From Octopus bimaculoides (Eukaryota): DNA of 35,785 nt. The notes beneath the pieces are model-generated. The model did no database searches and was not told where the DNA came from. It saw only the letters and a list, made by a program, of their open reading frames with translations. The translations under genes and the position numbers were made by a program. Positions 11,800-23,254 of this stretch are shown piece by piece; the stretch's first letter is position 1; every line of letters begins with the position of its first letter. The stretch covers positions 22,511,931-22,547,715 of the forward strand of contig NC_068983.1 in assembly GCF_001194135.2 (NCBI RefSeq). The letters are read 5' to 3'.

Positions 11800-12190
11800 A
11801 AGTATGATCAAGTGGTTAAGAAAATCACTATGCAACCATGTGGTTCCAGGTTCAGTTTCACCGTGTGGCACTTTGGAGTAGTGTCTTCTATTGTAGCCCT
11901 GAGCCAACTGATGCCTTGGGAGTGAATTTGGCAAATGTAAAGTGTGTGCAAGCCTGTCGTGTGTGTGTGTGTGAATGCCTCACTCCCACTGCCACTTTAC
12001 AACCTGCGTTTGATTTGTTTACGTGCCCGTAACTTAACAGTTTGGCAAAAGAGATGGATAAAATAAGTACCAGACTTTAAAAAAAAATAAGTATTGGTCA
12101 ATTTGTTTGACTAAACCCTTCAAGGTTGTGCCCCAGCATGGCTGCTGTCGAATGACTGAAACAAGTAAAAGATAAAAGAAGAGATAAAGA
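11800..12190 (+). mobile_element. SINE head H plus tail C, moderately diverged
   Basis: aaccatgtggttccaggttcagt...gtgtcttctattgtagcc...(GT)n...gatagaataagtacc...ccagcatggctgctgtcgaatgactgaaacaagtaaaagataaaag. Confidence 0.8.
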
Positions 12191-12399
12191 TATGCTAGTG
12201 GACAGGCCACTGTACAATACAACACAAAAAATAAATAAAGAATAATCCACAGGAGTCAAGTTGATCCCCTCTAGCCCTTCCACAAAAATTTGTAGCATTG
12301 TACAAAATTCTTGAAATCAATGGATGAAAGTATTATATAGAACTGGACTACAAAAAGTTTAAAATTTAAGCATGAATTAGACCCAATAAATAATTATGT

Positions 12400-12712
12400 G
12401 GCACGGCTATGTGTGTGTTTTTGGGTTCAGCCCCACTGCATGGTACTTTGAGTCATAGCTATCTTCTACAATAGTCCCAAACCAACCAAAGCCTTATAAT
12501 CAGAGTCGGTTGATGGAAACTGGAAAAAAACTTAAGTGTGTGTGTGTTGCCTTGTCATTCATTTCTAATCTTCCATAAAAACATGTCCAGTTACAAAGAG
12601 ATCGATAGAATAAGTACTAGGCTTACAAAGAATAAGTCCTGGGGTTGATTTGTTTGACTAAAGGCGGTGCTCCAGCATGGCCGCAGTCAAATGACTGAAA
12701 CTAGTAAAAGAG
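12400..12712 (+). mobile_element. Old head H followed by a young tail-C 3' fragment (12595-12712)
   Basis: aaagagatcgatagaataagtactaggcttacaaagaataagtcctgggg...gactgaaactagtaaaagag. Confidence 0.8.
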
Positions 12713-12896
12713 TTTAAATGCTAAAGAGAGTAGGAGAAATTTGCCTCTATGAATTTTGTCAGAATTGTGATCCTTGGCAGGTACTATGAACCAAGCTGGA
12801 GCAGACCTAAGAGTAGTAGTGACTAAGAGGTAACTCCACACTCTCCAAAACTCATAAACTCCAAAGTTTCGAGCCTAACCAGTGGATGCAGTTTAA

Positions 12897-13697
12897 CCCT
12901 TCAGCATTTAAACTCTTTTATTTGTTTCAGTCATTTGACTGCGGCCATGCTGGAGCACCGCCTTTAGTCGAGCAAATCAACCCCAGGACTTATTCTTAGT
13001 ACTTATTCTATCGGTCTCTTTTTGCCGAACCGCTAAGTTATGAGGGACGTAAACACACCAGCATCAGTTGTCAAGCGATGGTGGGGGGGACAAACACAGA
13101 CACACAAACATATATATATATATATATACGACAGGTTTCTTTCAGTTTCCGTCTACCAAATCCACTCACAAGGCTTTGGTCGGCCTGAGGCTATAGTGGA
13201 AGACACTTGCCCAAGGTACCACGCAGTGGGACTGAACCCGGAACCATGTGGTTCGTAAGCAAGCTACTTACCACACAGCCACTCCTACGCCTATGGTCAT
13301 ATCCAGCCAAAATATTCTATCTGTTTAAGTAAAAATAGGCCAGATCCAGCCTCTCACACTTACCCTATAATGTTAGTCTAAAAATAAACAATCACATTGA
13401 AATCTCAAGGCTACGCGAAAATGCATGATAAATTTAAAACAATGTGAATAAATAACCATTACATTTGGTGGAGAAATTTAAATGTTAAAAGATTAAACCA
13501 GCCACATCTGGCTCAAATATTCTTCCTACTTTATGTTCAAACAAGCCAGATCTGACCTCTCAAGACTACCTTAGAATGTCATCCTAAAAATAAACAATCA
13601 CATCATCAAAGTCTCAAAGCTATGAAATAATGCTTAATTCAAACCAATGTGAATAAATAAGCATTGCATTTGACAGAATAATCTGAAAGCTAAAGGG
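12897..13697 (+). mobile_element. Nested MITE family A copies, interrupted by a SINE at 12912-13294
   Basis: ttaa|cccttcagcatttaa start; the body resumes at 13295; junction ...atgttaaaaga|TTAA|accagcc at 13493; ends gctaaaggg|ttaa at 13697. Confidence 0.8.
12912..13294 (-). mobile_element. Young full-length SINE head H plus (TA)n hinge plus tail C
   Basis: Reverse complement starts ataggcgtaggagtggctgtgtggtaag...ccgggttcagtccc (A/B-box-like), then cttgggcaagtgtctt, a TA hinge and an aaaagag end; many CpGs retained. Confidence 0.9.
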
Positions 13698-13796
13698 TTA
13701 ATGTGTTACTCGGGTCATTACAATGACTACCACAATGAAATATCCTTTGCAGAAACTTTGCTATCAGCAAGTTAAACCTTTTAAGAAGTATATTAA

Positions 13797-14016
13797 CCCT
13801 TTTGATACCAACCCGGCTGAAACCGGCTTTGGCTCTGAGTAAAAATGTTTTGTTTCCAAAAGTTCTCAATTAAAATCTTCCACCAAACCTTAGTCACAAT
13901 TTATGTTCTTAACACAAGCTGAATGATAACTAAGTTATTTTACTAAATTTTTTGTTATATTTAAAATAATTGAAAGAAACACAGAGCATCTCGAAATAAA
14001 TACAGTAACGAAAGGG
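13797..14016. mobile_element. piggyBac-type MITE family B, complete, with TTAA TSD
   Basis: TTAA 13793-13796 and 14017-14020; TIRs cccttttgatac / gtaacgaaaggg (10 of 12 match). CCCT termini plus TTAA are piggyBac hallmarks. Confidence 0.85.
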
Positions 14017-14037
14017 TTAAACTCTTTTTCTCTACAC

Positions 14038-14070
14038 TGGTTTAGTCTGGGCTGTGCTCAGACTAAACCA
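14038..14070. other. 33-nt hairpin, 15-bp stem (one G-U), 3-nt loop
   Basis: tggtttagtctgggc-tgt-gctcagactaaacca. Confidence 0.85.
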
Positions 14071-15821
14071 TTACAGGACTGCTGAAATCAGAAGAAGAGG
14101 AAACAGGGAGGGAATTCTAGAGGAACAATATTCTGAGGAAGAAGGATTTGCTATAGTTAATGCGGGGTCTTGTGGTGAGACACAAGTGATGCAAATAAGT
14201 TGGTAGTGGTACAAAACCAACAAGCTATAAGAAGTAGAGGCCACTATTGCACAGTAGAGCAAGACAATTTTTATGTTTTAGTCTTTTAGAAAAGAAACAA
14301 ATAAAAGATTTCAGTCCTACTTCACTTCATAGTAGAGAGCTTATCAATGTTAATGTATTTAACAAAGATTTAAACTATATATATCTGTCATCAGTAAGAA
14401 AAAGTCACAATAAGACACTTTTAATAGCAAGTAATATTTATTAGTGACTTAAATATTTGTGTGTCTACAATTTGCTGATGCTCACAATAGTTACTGTCAT
14501 AGCTGTAAACTCGTTTATCAATGAATTAAAAGGCAAAAAAAGTGACATAAAATATATAATATTTTGTGGTAGAAAACATGACAGTTTGGTCATTTGCTTT
14601 GAAATTTTAAATAGCTAGCAATTAACTGGTCTATTTCATAAACTGAATATAAAGTTGCAAATGACTGAGGGATATATTTACTCAAACTCTGAAGATTCAA
14701 AATAAAATATACAAATCAGATAACTGCAGAACAGTTTGGAGGTAGGTAGTGAAGGCTAATAATTAGTGTTAAGTAAAGATGGTCAAACATTTTCCTAACA
14801 TCCATGCTTTTAAATTTATGTTTAAGTACAAATTAACATTAAAAGTTGAGACTTATCTAATCACTAGAATGAATAAAAAAAATAGCAACCTGGGTTATAT
14901 TTCTCGACAAAGAGGTGTAGAAGACATTGATAAAAAAATTTAACAGTTATTAACCAAGCCAGCTGAAAATATATTTCTACACTGATGAAATAATATTTCT
15001 TATGGAACAATTGAGAAGGAAGGGATATACCCTTCTACATCACCCAACACTGAATTCCTTGAATATACACGGTCACCCAGCCAAGTCAAATGTGCTTCAA
15101 ATCCTGACAATCCCGATGTGAAAAAGGAAGTTGAAATAGGAGCCAACTACTTCTGTTTGATACATCCAGACCAACAGATAATGAGTAACTTATTAGAAAA
15201 TGAAATACACACAGAAAGCAAAGGATAAAAAAAGTTTTTTTTATGAATGACAAGTCAAAGCATAAAGATTATGATTGCTATTGTTTGTTGTGTTGCTTTG
15301 TTTTTCCAATCCAGCGTAACAAAATGAAAACTAATCAACTTAAACAGCAATGGTTTTCTTAACTCCTTAATAGGGAAGCTATAAGGAGTGCTTACCGATA
15401 ATTACTGACTACATTAGCAATAAGAGATGTGGTTTCTAAACACTAAGCACAGAAAATGAAACTGTGAAAACAAAGGATTAGCTTAAGCGCTACACTGTAA
15501 CGCCGGTGTTGTTACAGCATTGGCTAACCATTCACAAAGTTGCTCTACAGGTTAATTACTCTGGCTGAGTCCATAAAAGCCACAATCATCTTATTGATAC
15601 TCGAAAATCTATTTGAAGCTGATTGACACTCAAGCTAATTTGAGACCAGTGTTATGGTATGCTTTTTTTTCTTTTCTTTGTGTTTATATTTCTCAGTTTA
15701 TCTTTCTTCACATGGCAGTAAAATGTGAATATTCTTTAACCTTCACATTAGTATTCCCACCACCACCACTCCACTCATTTATAAGTAGTGATTAGAAAAA
15801 TATAACAATGCATTTTTTAGT

Positions 15822-16030
15822 TACCCCTTTTTTTCGTAAGCATATTTCTGTTGAAATATACTGCCTTTGTTTTAATTAATTTTGAAAAATAATGAAGAAT
15901 TCAGTAAAGTAACTTGTCATGTTAAGCTGGTGTTCTGAACAAATTAATATGAAATTTTGATAGAAGGTTTTAAATCCAGATCACCCTAAAACAAGAACTT
16001 GATCTCATAGAACTAAGGTGGGTTGATATC
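15822..16030. mobile_element. Diverged MITE family B copy, opposite orientation to 13797-14016
   Basis: cccttttttttcgtaagc terminus; internal tagtaaa...aagctggtgtt...aattaatatga...gaaggttttaaat matches the reverse complement of family B. Confidence 0.65.
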
Positions 16031-16190
16031 ATCTTCATCATCATTTAACATCAGTTGTCCCTGCTATCATGGGTTGGATGGTTTGACCTGAGCTAACTAG
16101 GGAGCTGCACTAGACTCAAGTCTGATTTGGCAAGGTTTCTACGCCAACCACTTTACAGAAGGTTGAAGGTGCTTTTACATGGTACTACCA
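16028..16190 (-). mobile_element. Old tail-B SINE 3' fragment
   Basis: catcttcatcatcatttaacatc...catgggttggatggtttgac...aggtttctac. Confidence 0.7.
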
Positions 16191-16236
16191 AAGGGAACAG
16201 TCTTAACATTTCTGCAACAGAGTACAGGTCTTGTTG

Positions 16237-16335
16237 AGTACAGCAAGGTGCCAGGTATCTTATCTTTTGTCAGTACAGCAAGGCACCAGGCACCTTGATC
16301 CTTTGTCAATACAGCAAGACACCAGGCATCTTGAA
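16237..16335. repeat. Tandem repeat, about 35-36 bp unit, 2.8 copies
   Basis: agtacagcaaggtgccaggtatcttatcttttgtc / agtacagcaaggcaccaggcaccttgatcctttgtc / aatacagcaagacaccaggcatcttg. Confidence 0.85.
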
Positions 16336-16448
16336 AAGGATTAATACCAAAATTTACCTTAAGCTATCATTGCTGTGGATCTAGATTTGAAGCTAACTCC
16401 TCAGACAGATTCAGAAATCTTGCTGAATCATAGTGCCACATCATTTAA

Positions 16449-16660
16449 CCCTTTGGAATTTACATTACTATCAAATATAATGTTTATTTATTCACATTTT
16501 TTAAAGTTAATCTTGTATTATCATGTAGCTTTGAGATTTCAAAGTTATGACTGCTTATTTTTAGAATGACATTGCAGGACAGATCTGAGAGACTGGATGT
16601 TGTCAGTTTGAAGATAGGTAGAACATTTCGGCTAGATATGGCTAGTTTAAATGCTAAAGG
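16449..16660 (-). mobile_element. MITE family A copy
   Basis: ttaa|ccctttgg start and gtttaaatgctaaagg end; body homologous to 5493-5708. Confidence 0.8.
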
Positions 16661-16699
16661 CAATCTTTAAAAACAGCATATCTTATAGCTAACAGGTCG

Positions 16700-17070
16700 T
16701 GTGACATGGAATTTACTTTGAAACCATGCAGTTTCAGGTTCTATCCAACTGTAAGGCATCTTAAGGAAAGTGTCTCCAAAATGGTCTCAGACTGACCAAT
16801 GCTTTGCAAGTAAAATTGGTAGATGTAAACTATATGGAAATCTGTTCTGTGCGTATGTTGGTATTTCACACTTTTATAAGACACAGTGATGTCATGTTTT
16901 CATTTGCTGTAAACAATGTCTTATTGCTCTCTATTTTTGAAAATCAGGTGAATAAAAGATCCCTTATTTGAAAAACAGGTAAAGGTTGGCAACAAGAATA
17001 GTATCCAGCTGTAAAATTCTACCACAATATGTACACACTCAAACCCAAACCATGGGAGAGGGAAAAAAGA
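16700..17070 (+). mobile_element. Old SINE head H plus tail-B-type body
   Basis: aaccatgcagtttcaggttc...aagtgtctcc...gaccaatgctttgcaagtaaaattggtagatg...aaaggttggcaacaagaatagtatccagctgtaaaa. Confidence 0.6.
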
Positions 17071-18294
17071 CACACATAAAATATACAAACGTGAAATTAT
17101 TTTGCATTTAATCTCAAGCTATATTCCATTTTACATTTTATTTTCTCACTATAGTCTTGGAGACAGTTTATGATACAAGGTTTTATTTGCCTATTTCCAA
17201 TACTGTACATTTTCTGTGTTATTTCATGAAATAAAAGACATTTAAAATTAGTGTGAAATCTAAAATTTTCTTTGCTTTCTTCTTTATCTTTATCTTCACA
17301 ATATTGTTTTCAAACACACGGTTCCATCTAGAATATAGTCTTACACATTAAATAGCTATAATCATAAAGAAAATCAGTTTCAAGATAGAAGAGCAAATTG
17401 TGTATGTATATATATATATACATGTGTGTGTATGTGTATATATGTGTGTGTGTGTGTAAAACACCAGTGTAATTTGTTTAAGTTATTTATGAACCTGGGA
17501 AATGCTTGAGTACTTGCTACTCATATAAAACAGAAAAATATCTTAATAAAATATAAAATATTAGTAACTGAAAGGGAATTGAAACTGAAGCAAAGGCATT
17601 GTGCTGTGTCCTTGGGGAAATCATAACAAAATTATTTCACTAACTTGAAAATAGGTAACAGCTCTAGTTTAATATGATTGAGTATTCAGTAGTACTAGCA
17701 TGCAAGAATAGAGGAAAGAAAAAGAAAAAAAAAGATACCAATTCAACAAGGATGATGAATAGCAGTGTCTAGAAACAAATTGGATAAGTCTATTGGGTTA
17801 CTCAGCAATAAAATACAGGAAAAGAAACATGGAAAGTATCAAGAATTTTCAGCTCTAAGTTCAAATCCAATCAGTTAAATTAGATTTTTCTGATATAAGG
17901 GTTAATAAAAAGAATATACAAATCCAATATAGACAGCTAAAAGGAGGGGTGGAGAAGTATTTGGACATTATTAAAGAAAAGAATAAACTTCATCATTGGC
18001 TACATGAGCATATGATGGAAGACTAAGACAAGATTGTTGAGTAAATTTTGACCCTCTTTCAAAAACAATTTCTAGTTTTAATTTATACTGGGATGTGCAA
18101 CCTTCCTTTTCTCAGTGTCTGATGTATTAACTATAAAGTTTCCCTGAAAACTTTCATGTAGCAATAGCCTAGTTGCTATTGTCAAAACCTGTCAAGCTAC
18201 AAAAGAGTTCCAAATCTGGAAGAATGGTCTAGACTCAAAAAGCTGAAAAGACTAAGACCAAAATAATAATTAACACCACTTTACTATGCCTGCA

Positions 18295-18640
18295 TGTTTT
18301 GGACAGAATTTGGTTGAAATGGATTTTCTATAACCAGATGTCCTTCCTATCGCTGACGCTTACCTGTTATCAAGTAAGATAATATTTCCCTATGACCAAA
18401 CATGTTTCCATGGAAGATGAAATAGGGACACTGCTTGCATGACTATAACATTCATTTACAGCTAGCACATAATCTCAAAGCAAGGAAACAATAACAGACA
18501 CACACCTATACACATTATGTAAGATGGGGCTTCTTTTAAGTTTCTCACAAGGCTTTGGCCAACCCAAAGTATCATATAGTGAGAATAAACCCACAACCAT
18601 GTCATTGGGAAACAACCTTCTTGAACACAGCCACATCTGT
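18295..18640 (-). mobile_element. Old SINE (head H plus tail-B-type body)
   Basis: ccagatgtccttcctatcgc...cacaaggctttggccaacccaaag...aaccatgtcattgg. Confidence 0.6.
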
Positions 18641-18811
18641 GCCTAGAGCACAAAATTCCAGCACCACAGGCGATAAAGTTCATAGAAACAAGGGGCCAGA
18701 TGAACCAGAAACACCATAAAATGAAATCTCCGGCAGCTCAGATGATTTACCAAGATGTAGCAGGTAGCTTCAGTTATCTGAGTGATATAATTACAACTGG
18801 ATATACAGAGA

Positions 18812-19209
18812 GTTGCCAGTGCCCCTGGACTGGCTCTTGTGCGAGTGGCACATAAAATACACCATTTTGAGCGTGGCCGTTGCCAGTACCGCCTGACTGG
18901 CCTTCGTAGGATTTTCGAGCGAGATCGTTGCCAGTGCCCCTGGACTGGCTCTTGTGTGGGTGGCACATAAAATACACCATTTTGAGCGAGGCCGTTGCCA
19001 GTACCGCCTGACTGGCCTTCGTGCAGGTGACACGTAAAAGCACCCACTACATTCTCTGAGTGGTTGGCGTTAGGAAGGGCATCCAGCTGTAGAAACTCTG
19101 CCAAATCAGATTGGAGCCTGGTGTTGCCATCCGGTTTCACCAGTCCTCAGTCAAATCGTCCAACCCATGCTAGCATGGAAAGCGAACGTTAAAGGATGAT
19201 GATGATGAT
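18812..19209 (+). mobile_element. Young tail-B SINE with internal tandem array (115-bp higher-order unit x2)
   Basis: Units start at 18812 and 18927; canonical tail and (GAT)n follow. Confidence 0.9.
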
Positions 19210-19371
19210 AATGTTGAGAGAGCTGTTAAATTTGCTGGCAACAAAAGGTTTCTTCAATGTAAATTGTATGTAGTTTAAGCAAGAAGTATGAAACTACATA
19301 GCAGAAGAATATGAGCATTAAACGTAGAACATCTGCAGAGGCTAGAAACTTTCACTAAACTTAAGTGCAGG

Positions 19372-19738
19372 AACAGCTGCATGGTTGCAAAGTTCATTTG
19401 ACAACCACATGGGTTCAGTTCTGCTGCATGGCATTATCAGCAAGTGTCTTCTACTATAAGCACCAAGATGACCAAAGCCTTGTGAATGGATCTGGTAGCT
19501 GAAAACTGAAAATGGCCTATCTTGTGTGTGAGTTGTTTTGTCTTGACATCCTACAATGCTCCATGAAAACATATCCAGCCATTGTGCTGCTGGTGTTAGG
19601 ACTAGGAGAAATATCTTGCTTGGAATTAGATGAAGGTTGGCAACAAAAAGAACATCCAGCCATAGAAGATCTGCTTTAACAAATTTCATGTAACCTGTGC
19701 AAGACTGGAAAAGAGAATGTTAAAATGATAATGATGAA
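19372..19738 (+). mobile_element. Old SINE head H plus tail-B-type body
   Basis: caaccacatgggttcagttc...gcaagtgtcttctactata...gaccaaagccttgtg...ggttggcaac...catccagccatag...gttaaaatgataatgatg. Confidence 0.7.
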
Positions 19739-20399
19739 AGAATCGGTGAACTTGACATTTTAACCCTGCGCCAAATACATACAGCTTGCTGGACTGATTC
19801 ATAGAAATTTGAAACTTAACTGTCTTGGCCATAGATGATGAGTAAAGTTGCATATGATTATTAACTTCTATGAATGATGGAGCACAAGTGAATGAAAGGC
19901 CAGTTGAGCAGCATAGACATCAGTTAATGTTGTGGTTAGGGCCCATGAGCAAAGAAATTCAAATCATTCCTATCATTTATCAAAACCTCCAACCCATGAT
20001 AACATGGTAAGTGTATACAAAATTATGATATATATATATATATTATGTGCACACACCCACATCATTAGTCACTCAAAAATTTTGGTAGCAGCATGCCGAC
20101 AACACTTCACTGAGGAGATCTAATAAGGCTGAAACATGTCTACAGCTACCAAGCAAAGACACGCCTTCATCCCTACCTATCTCTAATTTTTGATCAATTG
20201 AAATTTTGGGACTTCTTTTCCTTGCCCCATTTGAGAATCATGGTCATTAACGTTCATGAATTTACTTCTCATCGTAGCTATAATTTCAACAGATTAAAAA
20301 TTTTCAGTTCATTGCACTCTGTATGGCTGCCTGCATTTAACTACTAGAATAAATTCCTTACAATATTTTACAACATCAAATACAAGATCTTAGACCACA

Positions 20400-20720
20400 T
20401 CCAAGACAGCCCCACCACCACCACTGAATGGCCAATCATCAACACACTTCAACCTTTGACCCAGACATACTGTTCTGTCTCACTTTCTCTCCCACCACTA
20501 CAACAGTGGCTGCTGCTTCTTGGAGCCACTGGTCTCTTGGTACCTCCCCACCAAGCATTCTTCACTCATTACTCATTGTGTATCCCTTCCCTAGTTCTAT
20601 GCTAATTCTAACAACTTAAATCCCAAGAGTGTCCACCTGCTGGAATTCCTTTTCTGCTCATGTTTTTACAGCAGCTGTCACCTTGAAATTATTCAAGAGT
20701 TTTAATCAGACTTTGAAGGT
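20400..20720 (+). mobile_element. Highly decayed 3' end of a CR1/Jockey-like LINE
   Basis: C-rich; cacctgctggaattccttttctgctcatgttttt...ttattcaagagt resembles the LWNSLP...F...FKS C-terminal motif of such ORF2 proteins. Confidence 0.5.
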
Positions 20721-20911
20721 ACACAATCACCATCAGTACAAACATGCCGCTGCTATAAAAAAATAACAAAAATGTGTCTTCCCATTTTGAGTCAAAAATC
20801 CCACCAAGACAGACTACCTTTCATCTGTCTCAGGGGTCAGTAATGTACTAGTCCTACACCAATTTGATTCAAATCTGTGGCCTTGAGCCAAAGCTCAAAA
20901 TAAATATTTCA

Positions 20912-21307
20912 ATAGGCGCAAGAATGGCTGTGTGGTAAGTAGCTTGCTAATGAACCACATGGTTCCGGGTTCATTCCCACTGTATGGCATCTTGGGCAAG
21001 TGTCTTGGGCCAACCAAAGCCTTGTGAGTGGATTTGGTAGACGGAAACTGAAAGAAGCCCATCGTATATATGTATATATATATGTGTGTGTGCGTGTGTG
21101 TGTCTGTCTGTCTTTGTCCCCCTAGCATTGCTTGACAACCGATGCTGGTGTGCTTATGTCCCTGTCACTTAGCACTTCGGCAAAAGAGACCGATAGAATA
21201 AGTACTAGGCTTATAAAGAATAAGTCCCGCGGTTGATTTGCTCGACTAAAGGCGGTGCTCCAGCATGGCCACAGTCAAATGGCTGAAACAAGTAAAAGAG
21301 TAAAGAG
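20912..21307 (+). mobile_element. Full-length SINE head H plus (TA/GT)n hinge plus tail C
   Basis: ataggcgcaagaatggctgtgtggtaag...ggttccgggttcattccc...gggcaagtgtctt...gaaacaagtaaaagagtaaagag. Confidence 0.9.
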
Positions 21308-22766
21308 CAAATGTCACAGAGAAAGAGGCCCCTCTTGAAATGAGAATGTAATCTGGCTTTCATTATTAAATGTTCAGTCTGTTGAGTCAGAAGAGGAACA
21401 GTAGCACCCATGACATCTACAAATTCTCAAAGATCAGTGATAGAAAGGAAGAGAAAGAAAAACTCAGCAGACCAAATTCCATCTGATGGTTTTTTGCTCA
21501 CAAGAACTGGATTGTTTATCATGCTTCTAGTAAAGAGTCTGAATTTTGCATTCAAGTACATTGATTCATCCATGTAACATTAGAGTCTTATCACTATCAG
21601 CCAGGCCTCAAAAACTCTTCTTTCCACCATGAAAAGGTTGGTGATAGACAAAAGACAGAATTTAAACTCAAAATGCTGCCATAACAGATGTATCACAAAG
21701 CATCACACCTGATGCTCCAACAATTCTACCAATCCTCTACCCTCCATTGGTACTTTATTATAGATCTTGAATGGGTTAAGAACAGAGAGCTTAAACAAAT
21801 ACCACAAAGCATTCTGAGACTCTAATGGTCCTGCCAATTCACTGCTTCAAGAAAATATAAGGAAGGAAGAGGGATTTTGGGGTTCTGTATCAGAGCAAAA
21901 TGTTTTGAATGCAGAGAGAATATTTCGGGCATGCTAACAGGAGTACCACTCACCTACTAAAGATGACAAATGCTCTTCTTAATAATTGCGTCCTTGCAAT
22001 AACATTATATAATCAGCTCATAGTTTGTTTTCAAATCTAATAATACACATTCAGAAGCAACAATTATATTGTATTATGTATAAAAATAGGCTAAACTTTG
22101 TGTGTTTATACTTATGCTAGAGTCATAGATTCGGCATGATAAGTACATTGTGACAACAACCACCATATGCCAATATTTGAGAATACACGGTTACCCAATA
22201 CCTTATCAAACACAAGATCTTCCTCTCAACTTTGTTACCTTTTACAAACAGATAGTGGCATATTTTTACCCACAGACATATACATAGTACCCATTCTCAG
22301 CTCTTATCAATTAAGATGAGATTTACACTTGAAATAATGATTACCAAACATATATGCATTTACATAAGTATATTATCTAAAAACCTAAGTGGACAGACTG
22401 TGTAGTTGTATAGATACAATGTGGTATGATAAATAGATATGTTAAGGTGTAAGTAAGTGTTTAAAAAGTTTTCATAAACTCCATAAAAAAGCATTATAAT
22501 TATGATTTCTTACATAAACACAGCCACACATTTAGGGGAAGAGAACATATGATCATATCAACCAAGTACTTGACTAGTATTTATTTTATTGAAGAGTGAA
22601 GGGCAAAGTCAAATTTGAAATCAAGAAATACAAGAGTCATAACTAAATAATGCGAATTTCATCCAATGCACAATTTGAGTTAAACAAAACAAAACAAAAA
22701 AAAAAACAATACATGAAGTTTTTGTCCAATGAATGCTTTATAAGAATTTTGCCAATGATAAATAAT

Positions 22767-23117
22767 ACTCTCTCTTTTACTCGTTTCAGTCATTTGACTG
22801 CGGCCATGCTAGAGCACCACCTTTTGTCAAACAAATCGACCCCAGGACTTATTCTTTGTAAGCTTAGTACTTATTCTAGCGGTCTCTTTTGCTGAACTGC
22901 TAAGTTACGGGGACGTAAACACACCAGCATCGTTGTCAAGCGATGTGGGGGGGGAGGGGCAAACACAGACATACAAATATATAAATATACATATATACGA
23001 CGGGCTTCTTTCAGTTTCCGTCAACCAAATCCACTCACAAGGCTTTAGTCGGCCCGAGGCTATAGTAGAAGACACTTGCCCAAGGAGCCACACAGTGGGA
23101 CTGAACCCGGAACCATG
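22767..23117 (-). mobile_element. SINE head H plus tail C, missing its first ~40 nt
   Basis: Reverse-complement homology to 20912-21307. Confidence 0.9.
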
Positions 23118-23254
23118 GGGCTAATTTTTCTATGATAGTATTGTTTGAATTATTTGAGATAGATCTCAAAAAAACAAAAACAAAACTGGCTTCTTAAATA
23201 GGGCAACAAATATATATGTGGACAGAATTTGAGTGAATACAATCAGCATTGTTT

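Noticed and set aside
14989-15228. 79-codon stop-free + frame (NNISYGTIEKEGIYPSTSPNTEFLEY...) with a partly open antisense frame
   Set aside because: No start codon or convincing acceptor, no recognisable family, and such lengths are expected many times by chance in 36 kb over six frames.
15495-15517. ctgtaac-N9-gttacag hairpin as a pre-miRNA
   Set aside because: Only a 7-bp stem with no extended pairing; far too short.
18812-19022. CRISPR-like repeat-spacer pattern
   Set aside because: The intervening segments are themselves repeated, the array is inside a eukaryotic SINE, and no cas genes are present.
21954-21992. 39-nt minus-strand exon candidate ending at AG|GTGAGT
   Set aside because: The acceptor is weak, it cannot be linked to other exons, and consensus donors occur by chance at this density.
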